Part shown: one piece after another, positions 27,109 through 40,288 of the stretch
Layout of the letters: the number at the start of each line of letters is the position of its first letter
Numbering within the stretch: position 1 is the stretch's first letter
NCBI GenBank assembly: GCA_028534125.1
Contig: CM052816.1
Location: 45,262,001-45,326,000, forward strand
Length of the DNA stretch: 64,000 nucleotides
Origin: Lama glama
Taxonomy: Eukaryota
Direction: 5' to 3'
Translations under genes and position numbers: made by a program
The notes under the pieces: generated by a model
What the model was told of the DNA's origin: nothing
Databases searched by the model: none
The model's input: the letters and a program-made list of their open reading frames with translations, nothing else

Positions 27109-28598
27109 AGAGTGTGCTGCATTCACCAGGAGCAATTTCCTTTTCTTCTTTTTCCTTTGGCTTTCACTGAGTTTCTTGAAACTCTTTTTGAAATTTCTAC
27201 GGTGTCAGGAGAAAAAAAAGTCACTCAATTCTAGGATGTAAGGGATGATACTTTGTAATATTAATTATAACAAGTTTTCAATGATTTTCATAATAGCAAT
27301 GGAATTTTGATGTATTGCTGTTCACTGTAAATATGAAGAAATGGAGCCTCAGAAGAAATGGGAGCATTCATCTTCAGATATATAACCAAGCAGAGAAGTG
27401 GCCATGATAGAACCGGGAGATTCTGTATGAACCAGGAGGTCCGTGTTATACGTGGCTAGCTGGATCCAGCCATCTTTACATATTTTTATGTATCATATTG
27501 AAACACGTGTGTGGGGTTTTTATAAGAAAGGGGTATGTAATCACCTACTTCCTCTTTTTATTCAAATTAATTTTCCTTCCCTGATCCGGGAATCATTCCT
27601 CACATAAGAACTGCATGATGAATCAGAAGGGAGTCAGTAAATTCTAATGAGCCTAAAGGAGAGACAAGCTTATCATTGCCAGAGATCAAAACCAAACCCT
27701 AAAATTACAGGTTTCATTTAAAATGCCATTTGAGACACTGAAATTTAGTTCAGGGAACATACCTTTATCCTGACTCATTCTCACTGCATGATCACCCTAC
27801 TGAAGGAGGAGGAGGCCAGTGAATTTCATTAGGGGCCACTGACCTTTGAAAATTTGGTTCATAGCAGCCCAGCAGCAAGAGGGGAGCAGTGCCATCACTG
27901 CCCCAGCCACGCTCAGAACGGGTGGGACTGACAATGGCCACCGTTGGAGACTACAGCACAGAGTGTATTTTATTTACTGGCAGCTCTTCCTCTGTGTGCC
28001 CTTTCCTTTAAACTTCAGCAAGTTTATTTAAACCCTGAAATTAAGGGATGTCAGGAGAAAAAAAGTCACTCAACATATAGACTATGAAGGGGTTGGTACT
28101 GAACAGACATAACCAACGCAAGTGTTAACGTCAAATTGCTCATAATTGATGTCTTGTGCACATTAATCTGCACAAGAGTGATTCGTTTGGAGAACAGTTC
28201 TACAGAAATATGGAAGAGTCAAGGCCTAACAAAATGATTGATGCAAGCTCCTCAATTATTCAAACAGGCCTGATGCTGGTGTCAACTAATCACATCTGTT
28301 TACCAAACCTAAAACCCTAAGGGAAACAAATAATCCTAATCATTCTAATTACTAAAAACAAAAACCAGCTTGGCTGTAAGGAAACTACAAATTGACCTTT
28401 CCTTCTCACAATGCATCTTACTCATTACTAAAAGTAATTTATAGATAAAGAAAGCTCTTGACAAGATTTCACCAAAAATATTCAAAATTTAGCATAATTT
28501 GGAGAACTAGGAAACTGCTTCCACTGTAAGAAAAGGGGACTTACTTTTAACTCTTGACTTATTATTTGAGGATATATTTCTCATGACACGATCTAATA

Positions 28599-28732
28599 TA
28601 GTTGACCCCTGAACAACATAAAGGTTAGAGAGAAGCCAAACCCTCTCACAGAAAAAATTCCACCTGTAACGTTACAGTTAAGCATATACATATTCTGTAC
28701 AGTTCAAACCAGTGCTGTTCAAGGGTCAGCTG
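28599..28732. mobile_element. Tigger1-derived MITE (TcMar)
   Basis: TIRs (t)agttgacccctgaaca / tgttcaagggtcagctg, flanked by TA on both sides (28597-28598, 28733-28734). Confidence 0.85.
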
Positions 28733-28874
28733 TAATATCTGAAAATGCTCATCCAATTAAAAAACGCAGGGCAAAACATAACTAAACTATAAACCATATC
28801 TGCTGCCTTAGGAAAAAGGGCTACTTTTGCACGCTTGGAATTGTAGAGAACCAAGCTGGACCTGTTAGAGATTA

Positions 28875-29186
28875 TAGTCTTCCCTCTGTATCCGTGGGGA
28901 ATTAGTTCCAGGACCTTGCAGGATGCCAAAATCCAAGGATGCTCAAGTCCCTTATATAAAATGGCATAGTATTTGCATATAACCTATGTACATCCTCCAG
29001 AATACTTAATCTCTAGATCGCTTACAATACGTAATACAATGTAAATGCTATGTAAGGAGTTGCCGGTGTGCAGCAAATCCAAGTTTTGCTTTTTGGAACT
29101 TTTTGGAATTTTTTTTCCAAAATATTTTCAATCCATGGTTGGTTGAATTTGCAGTTGCAGAATCTGGTGAAACGAAGGGCCGGATG
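28875..29186. mobile_element. MER2-like Tigger DNA transposon
   Basis: ccctctgtatccgtgggga.ttagttccaggacc; ggatgctcaagtcccttatataaaatggc; TA flanks. Confidence 0.88.
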
Positions 29187-29925
29187 TAATTAGAACCACC
29201 CTACTTCTCAGGTATAAAGTATACACGGGAAGTAAAAAGTGCAGGTATCTGAGAGGAAAGAAGAGAAGAGGCTGGGTACCAGTCTGTGTTGTCTTTGATG
29301 CTTAGGTTTTAGACAACTTAGTGGCATCTGCTTGCACCGTGGACTCTGAACCCATAAATGGGGTCTGTGCTACTTATTCTAACAATAAAGTATATTAGAA
29401 GTAAGGAAAAGGTACTTACTATTCAGTTTTTCAAAAATATAGACTTGGGAACTTTACTAATACACTAGACCTTACATCATTCTCCCATCACCCCCACCTC
29501 CGCTTTTTAACAATGTAGATATTTATATGTAGTTATGTTAACTTTTTTTTTTAATTCTAGAAAATTCTCAACCATTATCTCTTCAAATCTTGATTTGTGT
29601 CAATTCCCTGTATTCTTTTCTTCTGGCAATATATTCTCATACTTCTCAGCTTTGTTTTCATGTTTTCTCCTTTCTTAATATGTTTCACTGATGAATTCCT
29701 TAATCTTGGCTTCAGATTCTAATTAATTAATTCCCTCTTCTCTGTGTTTCATCCATAGTTTATCTCAAATATTAAGATACTTAAAATTTTCAACTAGTAT
29801 ATTTTTCATTGCCAAGATTTTAAAATTTTTTTCATTTTCATATTTATCTGTTTTTATTTAGCTGTTTGTACCTATTTTTGTTCTTTATGTTTAAGTTCTT
29901 TCCGTGGACATATTTTCCTTTATGT

Positions 29926-30776
29926 CAGGGGTCGATGGTCATACCATTTCTGTACAGGGCCAGATACCAACTATGTTAGGTTTTTCAGGCCATGTGATTT
30001 TTGTTGCAACTGCATATACTCAATTATGTATTGTGAAAGCAGCCATAGAATATATGTAAACAAATGGGTGTAACTGGGTGCCAAAAAAAACTTACAAAAC
30101 AGGTCACTGCAGCTACTTTGGAAAACAGTTTAGTAGTTCTTCAAAAAGTTAAATATAAAGCTACTGTATGGCCAAGAAATTCCAATACTAGGCATATGCC
30201 CAAGAGAAATGAAAACATATTTTAATACAAAAACTTGTATATGAATATCCACAGCAGCCTTCTTCATAATAGTCAAAAGGTGAAAACAACCAAATGTCCA
30301 TCAGCTGATGAACAGATATGCAAAAGGTAGTGTATTCATACAGTGCAATATTATTTGGCAATAAAAAGAACTAAGCATGGATATATGCGCTAATATGAAT
30401 GAACTTTGAAACCACTACAAGGAAGTCAGATATAAAACACTGCATATTCTATGATCCCATTATATGAAATGTCTAGAATAAACAAATCTATTGAGACAGA
30501 AAGCTGATTAGCGGTTACCTAAGGTTCACAGAAGTGGAGAATGGAGAGTGACTGCTAATGGCATGGGGCTTCTTTGTTGGGATGATGAAAATATTCTAAA
30601 ATTAGATTTATGGTGATAGTTATGCAACCATATAAATCTAATAAAGATCAATGAATAAAGACCAATTTAAACAGATGAGCTTTATGGCATGTAAATTATA
30701 TCTCAATGAAGCTGTTAAAAAGATAAAGTGAGGAAACAGGTGAGTGGCTGGTAGGGCCACAATTTGACGATTCCTG
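29926..30776. mobile_element. MER58A-like hAT MITE split by an L1 insertion
   Basis: caggggtcg...gggccagata...gaaagcagccataga...aaacaggt [L1] aaacaggt...tttgacgattcctg. 8-bp TSD ctttatgt (29918-29925) / ctttatat (30777-30784). Confidence 0.8.
30105..30733 (+). mobile_element. L1MB7/8-like LINE 3' fragment
   Basis: gcagctactttggaaaacagttt...cccaagagaaatgaaaacata...gtaaattatatctcaatgaagctgttaaaa. aaacaggt is duplicated at 30097-30104 and 30734-30741. Confidence 0.88.
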
Positions 30777-31939
30777 CTTTATATTTTTGAGGAGCCTAAC
30801 ATACTTAGTTATTTATAGTTTATTCTATTTTTATATTTTCTTTCTGGATTAAATTCATCTTTCTAATTGCTGATTTTTAAGGACTGTCTTTGTTAGTTTT
30901 CCTCCCATATTTGAGACTTTTATGTTGTAGCTCATCTTGAGTGGGAAGCATTGTTTCTTTGCTTGCTCTCTCTCTCTCTCTCTCCCTCCCTCCTTCTCTC
31001 TGTCTCTGTCTCTGGCTATCTTTCTCTGTCTAATGGCTCTGTGGTGGCCTCCACTTAACCCTCCTGTCCAAAGAGGACGAGTTTGATGCCTTGGGTCTTC
31101 TGCCCCCATAATGATACATGAATATGGCAGATAAACGCTGTGAACTCTAGAGAGCTTGGTCTCGGAACTTGATAAGATGCTTCACCTGCCTTGCCCGTGG
31201 GCTCCCAGATTCCTAACCTAAAGCCCAAGTTACTGTGGCAGCTCTGTTTCAGGCATCTTGCAAGTGCTATTGCTCCAGGCTACCTGCCTTGGGTGAGACC
31301 CTTAATTCCCAACTTCCCACCACAGCAACTGAGATACTCCTGCATCCCCAGGCTTGTGGACCCAGGGAACATTATCAGGTCCTTGGCTGCAGCCCAGCTA
31401 AGACTCCGTGTTTCTGCTTTATTTCTGATCCACAGTTCATCTTCTTTTTAATTTTCTCTTATTATAGCTTGTTATTAACTGTTATGTATGTACATGGAGC
31501 AGGGGAGTGGGCAAACCATGAATTTATAGTCCCATCTTGACAGGATACTTTCCAGGGCAGTGCAATGGGATTTTAGCAGAAAAACTCAAAGTATCAAATG
31601 CTCCTTGGTAGAATAGACAGACTGTTTTTTTCTTGCAATTTTGAATTTGAGGAAAGTGAAACATATTCAAGTGGAGGAAAGTCAAAGGAGGTTTCAAATA
31701 AAATATGAAATATCAGGTCAGAGCTGAAAGCTGAACACAAAATGCTGGGAATCACAGAAGTCAAGTAAAAAATAATAGTCCTGACAATAACTTCCAAAGG
31801 GACACCTATGAACAGATCAATGAGGTAAATTCTGTAATTTCTACTGTTGATGATATAACAGAATCCTCTTCTTCTTAATGCTGTTTTAGCTTGCAGATCC
31901 GCTTCTACAATTATAAGAGTTTATGGTGCATTGATGATT

Positions 31940-32250
31940 ATTAATTTATTCATTTAGTCAAGAAATATTAATTGTGCTCCTGCTATCCCTTGAGCATTCT
32001 ACAGCACTCTGGTGTTACAGATGAATAATAAATGGTCCTTGCCCTCAAGGAATTCATAATTTATTTAAGGAAACCAGACACACACACCAAAAAAAGTCAC
32101 CATTCCGTTCTCATGCAAGTGCTAAGTGCTATGATGGCTGTAGGGACAAAATGCTTTAAAGGCGTAGATGGAGGCAGGGGTAATTCTTGGCTGGTGTGGT
32201 TCTGTAAAGAGGCAATTCCAAAGGTTTCACAGAAGAGGCAGTATATTGGG
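31940..32250 (-). mobile_element. L2 3' end fragment
   Basis: tttattcatttagtcaagaaatatt...gatgaataataaatggtccttgccctcaagga. Confidence 0.65.
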
Positions 32251-34310
32251 AGCTGCCAGAATTTCTATAAAAGAGTGAACAGCATCTTGTTGGACGGGGG
32301 TCCTAGGGATTAACTTGTGTTTGTCCAGCATATGATTTTTACTTAGATTACTGGTTTATTTAAGATGGCTTTGGGGAGATAATGAAGATTATGGGACGGT
32401 AATAAGCCCCTTCTCCCATTCTTTCATCCACATTTTCTCACATGACTTACTAAGCACTTGGGTTTTATCAACTAATGGTAACGGTAAGGAGTTTGTAGAG
32501 GGCTTCTGACATGAGCAAAATGGCAGTATCAGGTAATTTTAGGAAGGAGTAAATTGATGCCGTGGTCAGAATGCAGGCTAAATAGTTAACTCACTTGGGG
32601 ATGAGAAAGATGGGCTGGGGTGGACTAGAGAGACTCTTGTGTTATAAAAGTGAGAGACTGGACGTTCTTCTGGGCAGTGAGACACTGTATGACTGTAATG
32701 CTAGAGAGTGAGAGAATTCATGTCACACTTTTGAAATACGGATATCTGAGAAGATGAAATGAAGAAGAAAAAGACTAGAACAAGTGACCAACCAGGAAAA
32801 TACCATGAGAGTTCAAGTGAGATAACGACTACCAGATTGGATTGCCATGGGAATAGGGGAATCGGAAATACCACAATTTTTTTTTAATTTGAAAAGCTAC
32901 ACTAAGAGCCATGTTTCTATTAATATTTCGTTGCAAGAGAGGTTTTGTTAGTTGAGATACATGTGGGCTAGAGCTTTTACCATTATGTTCAAGGCTTGAG
33001 GGCTACATTTTGCAGGTAATCAGAGCATCGTTTATCTGCTGTATCCATGATACAAAAGGCATAGGGGTGATTTAGGTATGAAAAGGATTAACACATTAGG
33101 TTATGTGTTATGATGGTGTCACTATTGAAAATGTGTCAACACTGGCACATTTATATTATATAGAAAGCAAACTTTCCTTTCAAAAGAGATTATGCATTTT
33201 AATAATGGGAATCTCAAGTTGAATAAAAGCATAGCTTCTGGATAAATTCTATGCCCATGAAAAAGTAGGAGATCTACAACGAATATTGCTTTTTTAATTG
33301 AAGAATTTAAGATTAATCATAACTTTAAATAATCTTTTGGCCCACATGTTAATTGCATGCTAAATGAGAGGGAAGAGGGAAGAGCTGGCTAGACAAGAGA
33401 CCCCACAGCCTACCCAGTGAACCAGTATAGAAGTCCCTTCTCTTTACACCGCTAGGAAAATCACTTTGCATCTCCCCTAAGCCAGCTCAGGAACTAGAGG
33501 CTCATCTTATATTAGAATGAATCTTTTTTTATCTTGGAAGTGCCAATATCTACCGAGCCTCCAATAATGTATTAGACACTATTCTAGGTACTTCATATAG
33601 GGTATCTTGCCTAAACTCCAAAAAACGCCTAAGATGTTTAGAATTTCTCTCATTCATTTGGCTTTAGATTTGTAAAAGCTTAGAAAAGAGGAAAGTCCTC
33701 TTCCTTTTGGCCCAAGAGGGATCCCCCACCCCAGCTCTTAGAATCTCCCTAATATCCTAGTCACTCAAACTATGTTAGAGTGAGTTTTCTCTATGGAGGT
33801 GTTTGGTTATTGTTCCAAGTTAAACAAAATTCCTAAGAGACTCTAATCTAACCACAGAAAAAGAATCAGATCATAAAAACCCGTGTTAAGTATGATTCAA
33901 AGGGAAAAAATGAGCTGCAGTGAAAGCCAACTTGAGCTGGAAAGACTTGCACGCTTAAGTAACCAGACATGTGTAGCCACTTATGAAGCTGTCTGGTCAC
34001 ATATGTTTTTAAACATCTGTCAGCACAATCAGAGCTCCACATGCACAACGTAGCACTCACAAGCATTACAGAGGTTTGTGTGTGAGAAAGCCTCAGAATC
34101 TGAAAGAAATGCATAGATTTCGCAGATTGAACACAGGTTGTTATCGCTCGAGTTGAAGACTGCTTGGGGAAGCAGCTCCCAAACGCTGTGAGTCATTTAC
34201 TTGAACATTAACATCCTAGGGACAAAACTGGAACTGGCAATAAAACCTCCAGAGTCCTGAAGACAGAGAGATGCCAGAAGTAACAAGGAGCAGGATAAAG
34301 CAGAGAGCTA

Positions 34311-34625
<315 letters not shown>

Positions 34626-37600
34626 TCAAGATGACTTCAATACAAACACTTCTAAATGCACCATGTATGACATCATCACATTATACTAGCACTTTTTATC
34701 CCAAAGTTGGCAAAAGCAATTTTCTGCTTTGCCAAATTGGAGCTTTGTTTGAATAGAGGCTCCGTGATTAAATCGAATCCACTGCTTCACAGTAGATTCT
34801 ATGGAATATGCAAATCCTGAGGTGCTCAGAAAACTTCAAAAAAAAAAAAAAAAGGTGATGGCCAAATAAATGTGAGGAAGGCATCCTTGCTTTTCCAGCT
34901 CTATCTTCTTGGCCTAATGAGACCAGGGTCTCACTAAGGACTTCATGAAAGAAGTATTATTCAAAGGCACATTTGAGGCTTCCCAGGGCTCAACTCTGTC
35001 ATTTACACAGTTTTGTTTTTTGAGTGAATGACAGTCTTGTCATTCCTAAGCCATACATTTCCCCAGAGCCATTAATTCTTTTGAAAAGGATGACAATTTT
35101 CCATTCAGAAGCTATACTGCATAACTGTATCTATTACTACAGGATTTTATTTAGATCAATGAGGTTTAAGGTTAACTTAACATTATTTATTTTGGTAACA
35201 CTGAAATTCCACGAGAAATGGTTTCAGGGATGTAACTGGAAGTTTTTACTCATGGGTCATAAAAATCTTCTTGTTCAAATAAAATCTTTCACAAACAATC
35301 TCAAAATGAACAACTGTTAAATAGGTTCTCAATATCTAGAATTGTGCTTTTGAGGTATTCTTATAAAGGACCCATGTCCTACAACTTACAAGACAACAAT
35401 ACTTTAAATTACAAGAAATCTTAATAGTAGATGGTGCCTCTTTTCAAATATTTCCCCAACTTCTCCATTTTTAATACATAATATCTGTAAACCAAGATTA
35501 CAATGTAGCCAAATGTAATGGTTGCTGAAAACTCAACGAAAAAAAAATAACCTGTTTAGAAGGAAATCTTAAAATTCAAAATATAGATAAATCAGGAGAA
35601 ACACGAATTTATGCAATTTGGGAAATTAGTCCCTCAATTTCCTATTTAAAAAGAGACACATTATTAAAGACTTTACTTAGATACTATTTTTAATTAACAT
35701 GAGCTGCTAAATGTATTCCTCAAGGAAACAAGACACATTTCAAGAGATATTTCAAGACACATTCTGCATCTGCAAAGAGATGTCAGAATGACGAATTTTC
35801 TGGCTTTTAGAATTTAATTTGGACAGCAGGAAGCCTGAATCCTTCCCTGTACTCTCATTTGTATGCCATGAGATCCGCATCTTCCAGGTAAAAGGCGTAC
35901 AATTAAATAAAACAGGCAAACAGTAATGACTTTGATCTTGAAGAGATTTCTGCACTAAAAATAGTGATCATGTTGGCTACTCATGTCTATGTACACTGCC
36001 TCTACATGATTTCTTATTGTTTTCATCTGATTTATGGATTCACTACCACAGATTTGGCTTCAAGGGGCTTAGACAAATACAGACACTGACAAGGAACTCA
36101 CACAGGCTTCAATGCTTTATTTTTATTATGAAAAACATTGTCACAATTCAATTTCAGGCTGTAAAATGGGGATGATGACTGAAGAAGCTACTGTGAGCTG
36201 CTCAACGAGTAATCGACGTTTCTACAGAGTGCTGTGGTACCAGGTCCAGCTTTCCAACATCTATACTTACCTGGGCCTGGCCACGTTTGGTTCTCACCTC
36301 TCTATTTGAAGTGCTTTTCTGAAAACTTTCCTTTATTTCAGGGGAAAACCTTTGAAAGCAGAACCCCACTTAATGGCGCACCATCCTGGTCAAAAAATAA
36401 ATTGGGCCAAGCAGACCTCTGGAAGATCAGAAGTAACCAGGGATGCCTGCAGTGGCTTTGGGAAGAGAGGGGAATTCCCTAAGAGTCACCACTCTTCAAA
36501 ATCTCATTTGCAATTCTCCCTGCTTGTACAACGAGGTGGCCAGGCGGGGCCAATTCTTTCAGAGAAAGGGGCTGAAAAATTATCCAGTCCTGAAGCAACC
36601 CCTTTCCCCCCTGCTTTTGCAGGTCATGATGTCTCACTAAGAGGCTGCTGAGAGCGCCCTAAGTTTGCCCTCCACATGGTCGACATGGGCCAGATCATGA
36701 GTGAGCAGGGCTTTGGCCCACAGCACACCTGCTCTGTTGGCAGCCCCTCCTGCCTTCCCCTCTACTTTGAGCCCTGCAGTCCTGCCAGGGGCCTCCCTCG
36801 CCCACTCCTGTCCAGCAGTGACTCCATCCCAGTTTCCCTCCAACAAAAACTACCTGCCTGGTGTACTACCTCTCTTAGGGATTAGGGGGGTCACCCAACT
36901 GTCCGGAAACATTATCATTGGCAAATGAGATGGGGTGGAAAGGATAACCCACAAGCACATACAGCAGTCAGGGCCACCACTCCCGTGACTCGGTCCATGG
37001 AAAGCGAGTGGGGCAGGCGACGTCATTCCACATTGTATCTCGTAGACTAAAGCTTTCTTGTTGTAAATTCTCACTCAGCTTTTCTTCTAGAGCTAATAGG
37101 TATTCTTACTTTCTAATCACTATTGTCTGAATGGGATTTCTACTGATGTAGAATAAAACTTGCCACATACACTGAAAAGTTCCCAAGATAAATGAACTAT
37201 ATCTTACCCTTAAAAGAAAGAAACAAACAAAAAAACCCTCACCAACCAGAATTTTCTAAAGTCCAACCAAATAAGATGTACAGTACATCCAGGTAGTTTG
37301 GGGATTAGAGCACAGGAAAGTGATGTGGGGAGTTAGGAAACTGTGAATACTACGTTAGAAATCATCTCTGAAATAAGACTGGGAACAAATTCTTGGAAAA
37401 ACTGAATGTAATGGAAGAAATGAGCAGACTGAATACCATGCACACGCAGGGCTGTGGAAACAGCTGATTAACGTGCTAGTGGCTACTGCTTCCAGGACAG
37501 ATCTGGCAGTTACCAGAAAATGAGACAAAGACCATGTGGATTTGCTTTCTGAGAAGGGGCAGGAAAGTACTCCTTGTAATTACCAGCTCATCCAACTTCA

Positions 37601-39339
37601 GAGAACTCTGGCGACCCTTCTCTCTGGGTGGTGAATGCTCTTTTGGGTTCTTGTAATCATGTGAGTACCTTTTGCTGTTCCCTTTTAACATTTCTTGGGT
37701 AAATTTTCTTTCTTATTATGACCCACAGACAATCCTACTTTATTTCAAAATCTTGTGAGGACTTCATCCTTTTCTTGGTTTTTCAGCCAGATGAAACAAG
37801 TGAATGCTGTTTCATTATCTTCAAGTTTCCCTCTTTCAGGCCCCCTCCCCCGCACTGGGCCATTCACCATGCCTTATGTCACTTTCTAATTTAGTCAGAT
37901 TATTACTCCCCTAGGTGGCACTTTATATTTACTGAAGTGTTTCCACTTGCATTACCCAACTTGATTAAAAAATTATGCGGGTGGCATGGGGTACCGCAGT
38001 TTCTTTATTCCTGGTATGAAATCAGCATAAGGTGGAGCTCAGAAACAGAGAGCCCACGAGAGACAAAAGCGCCACTTGAAACTGCTGAAAATATTGGAAG
38101 GGATGTTGGGAACTCCCTGTACATGAGACTGTAATTTGACTCCATTTAAATTATATTTTCAAGAACAAGCTGAACCTGGCAAACGGGAGGACCTGCAGAG
38201 ATCCAAGCAGCTGACATGTGGACTACATCTGGGTTACACAGGTAATGAAAAAGCAACTAGGGAATGAAAGGATAATAAATGTTTGTTTCAAAGGTCTTCC
38301 TTGTTAAGTGCTTCTCCTCAATAAGACAATGATAATAGCTATGACTCATAGGCTCCCCCTGGTAAGTCTCCTTAAGATTCTCTTTACCAATGGCATCTAC
38401 GTCACAGTTATATTTGTTGCTGCAGCCAGCTTTTTCTTTTCCACGTGGAAACGCATGGTGATGCCCTACTTTATTTGGGGATAAGGAGATGGTCTGCCAG
38501 TTTTATCCTAAAAATGTTTAAATGTATGATGAATCAGGAATTCATTATTTATTGCGAACTGATTTCTACTTTACGTAGAAAGTACAATAGAACGCTTTAT
38601 TGGCCCTGTTAAAGAATACAGATGTTATTCATTATGTAGATGCTTATCATTTATAAATACACCAAAGCCATACCTATGAGTTCAATAGTCCTTTCCTTGC
38701 ATAGTCAATTTACTTTCTTTCCAAAGAAGATGTCATTATTTAACGTACATTCTAAATCCACCTGTGGATTTATGTATGTATGTATGTATACATGTATTTC
38801 TGTGTGTATTTCTTGTTCCATTCAAAATGGCTGGAGAGGTTAAGAGGGATCCTTTAAGCATACTAATTTTTCTCTAATGAATAAATTTATGAAGACACTG
38901 GAGTGAAGAGAAAGTAACAGTACAGGCTAAACCACTGCAAGGTAGGAAAATGTATTCTCTCTGTCCTTCTGTTGTAGTAGTGCGTACGGCTGAACTCTAA
39001 ATTAATTTTCCTTTAACTTTAAACAAGAACAATATTAAGATTACATTTCAGATAAGCCCTACAAAGTGAAGTCTCATGGTAGGATAACGTACGGACTTAG
39101 AGAACAAGGGGAAGAGCAGAGTGTTTCCCTAAACTGGACTAGCCGGATAATGAAAACAATCACAACTATTACTCCTACTATCCTTACTTCTACCGCCACT
39201 ACCACTGACACTGGCAGTGACCATTTACCAGGTGCCAGGCACGAAACTCGGTACTTACGTGCATCTCTACACATAAACATCACAAGAGTCCCATCAGCCT
39301 CACTGTACATGAGGAAAAATGACAAAGTATATGAGGTCA

Positions 39340-39710
39340 GACAGAGAATGACAACTATCATATGCTTTCAGTTATATGAGGAGTCTAAAAAAAATGATAC
39401 AAATTCTGTTTACAAACCAAAAACAGATTCACAGACATAGAAAACAAACTATGGTTACCTAAGAGGAAAGAGCAGGGGAGAGATAAATTAGGGGTTGGAG
39501 ATTAACAGAGACACATTACTGTTTATAAAACAGATAAATAACAAGGACCTACTGTATGGCACAGGGAACTATATTCAATTTCTTGTAATAACATGTATTG
39601 GAAAATAATCTGAACGGAAAAAATATGTGTATGTATAACTGAATCACTCTGCTGTACATGTGAAACTAACACTGTAAATCAACTACACTTTAATAAAAAA
39701 TTTTAAAAAT
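39340..39710 (+). mobile_element. Artiodactyl-type L1 3' UTR fragment
   Basis: cacagacatagaaaacaaactatggttacc; acaaggacctactgtatggcacagggaactatattcaa. 16-bp TSD aaagtatatgaggtca (39324-39339) / aaagcatatgaggtca (39711-39726). Lies next to or within a MIR remnant at ~39225-39320. Confidence 0.92.
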
Positions 39711-40129
39711 AAAGCATATGAGGTCAAACGCTAGAAGCATAAATAGGGTCATTCTGCTACCCCTACAATTCTAAAATTATTTCAGAATTCTAGCAAAGAC
39801 ATATTAAAGTAAGTAGGAAACATGCCAGTGTTCTCCTTGAAGACAGAGACTACAATCTTTTTTCATATTTCTCCTAGTCCTTTGCATAATTAGACCCTTA
39901 ATAAATGTCTATTGATTTCACTGATTTATTGTACTCTGAAAACCACTCACTTAAAAAAAGTAGGCATAGAAAATCCAGTATTTCCTGTGTGTTCAGTTTA
40001 ATCATAATCCAAACAACAGCTGAGTATCTACCATGTACCAGGAACAGTGCTGGACATGGAAGGGCATATAAAGATGCCTAAGGCAAAGTCCTTCCCATCA
40101 AGAAGATCATAGTGACAACAAGTGAACCT

Positions 40130-40288
40130 AGCCTTCTATTCAAAGTTGTTGTTTCATCAGCAACAGCAGCACTACCTGGGAGCCTGTGAAAAACGCAGGA
40201 TCTCGCACCCCGTGACAGAGCTCCTGAAACTGCATTTTAACAAGATCCCCAGGCGTTTCAGGTACACACTGAAAGTTTGAGAAGCACT
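40130..40288. mobile_element. MER5A1/MER5B-like hAT MITE
   Basis: cagcagcactacctgggagcctgt...ctgcattttaacaagatccccagg...aaagtttgagaagcact. Confidence 0.8.

Noticed and set aside
36263..36274. U1 snRNA pseudogene (atacttacctgg)
   Set aside because: The match stops after 12 nt; better read as a minus-strand splice-donor motif.
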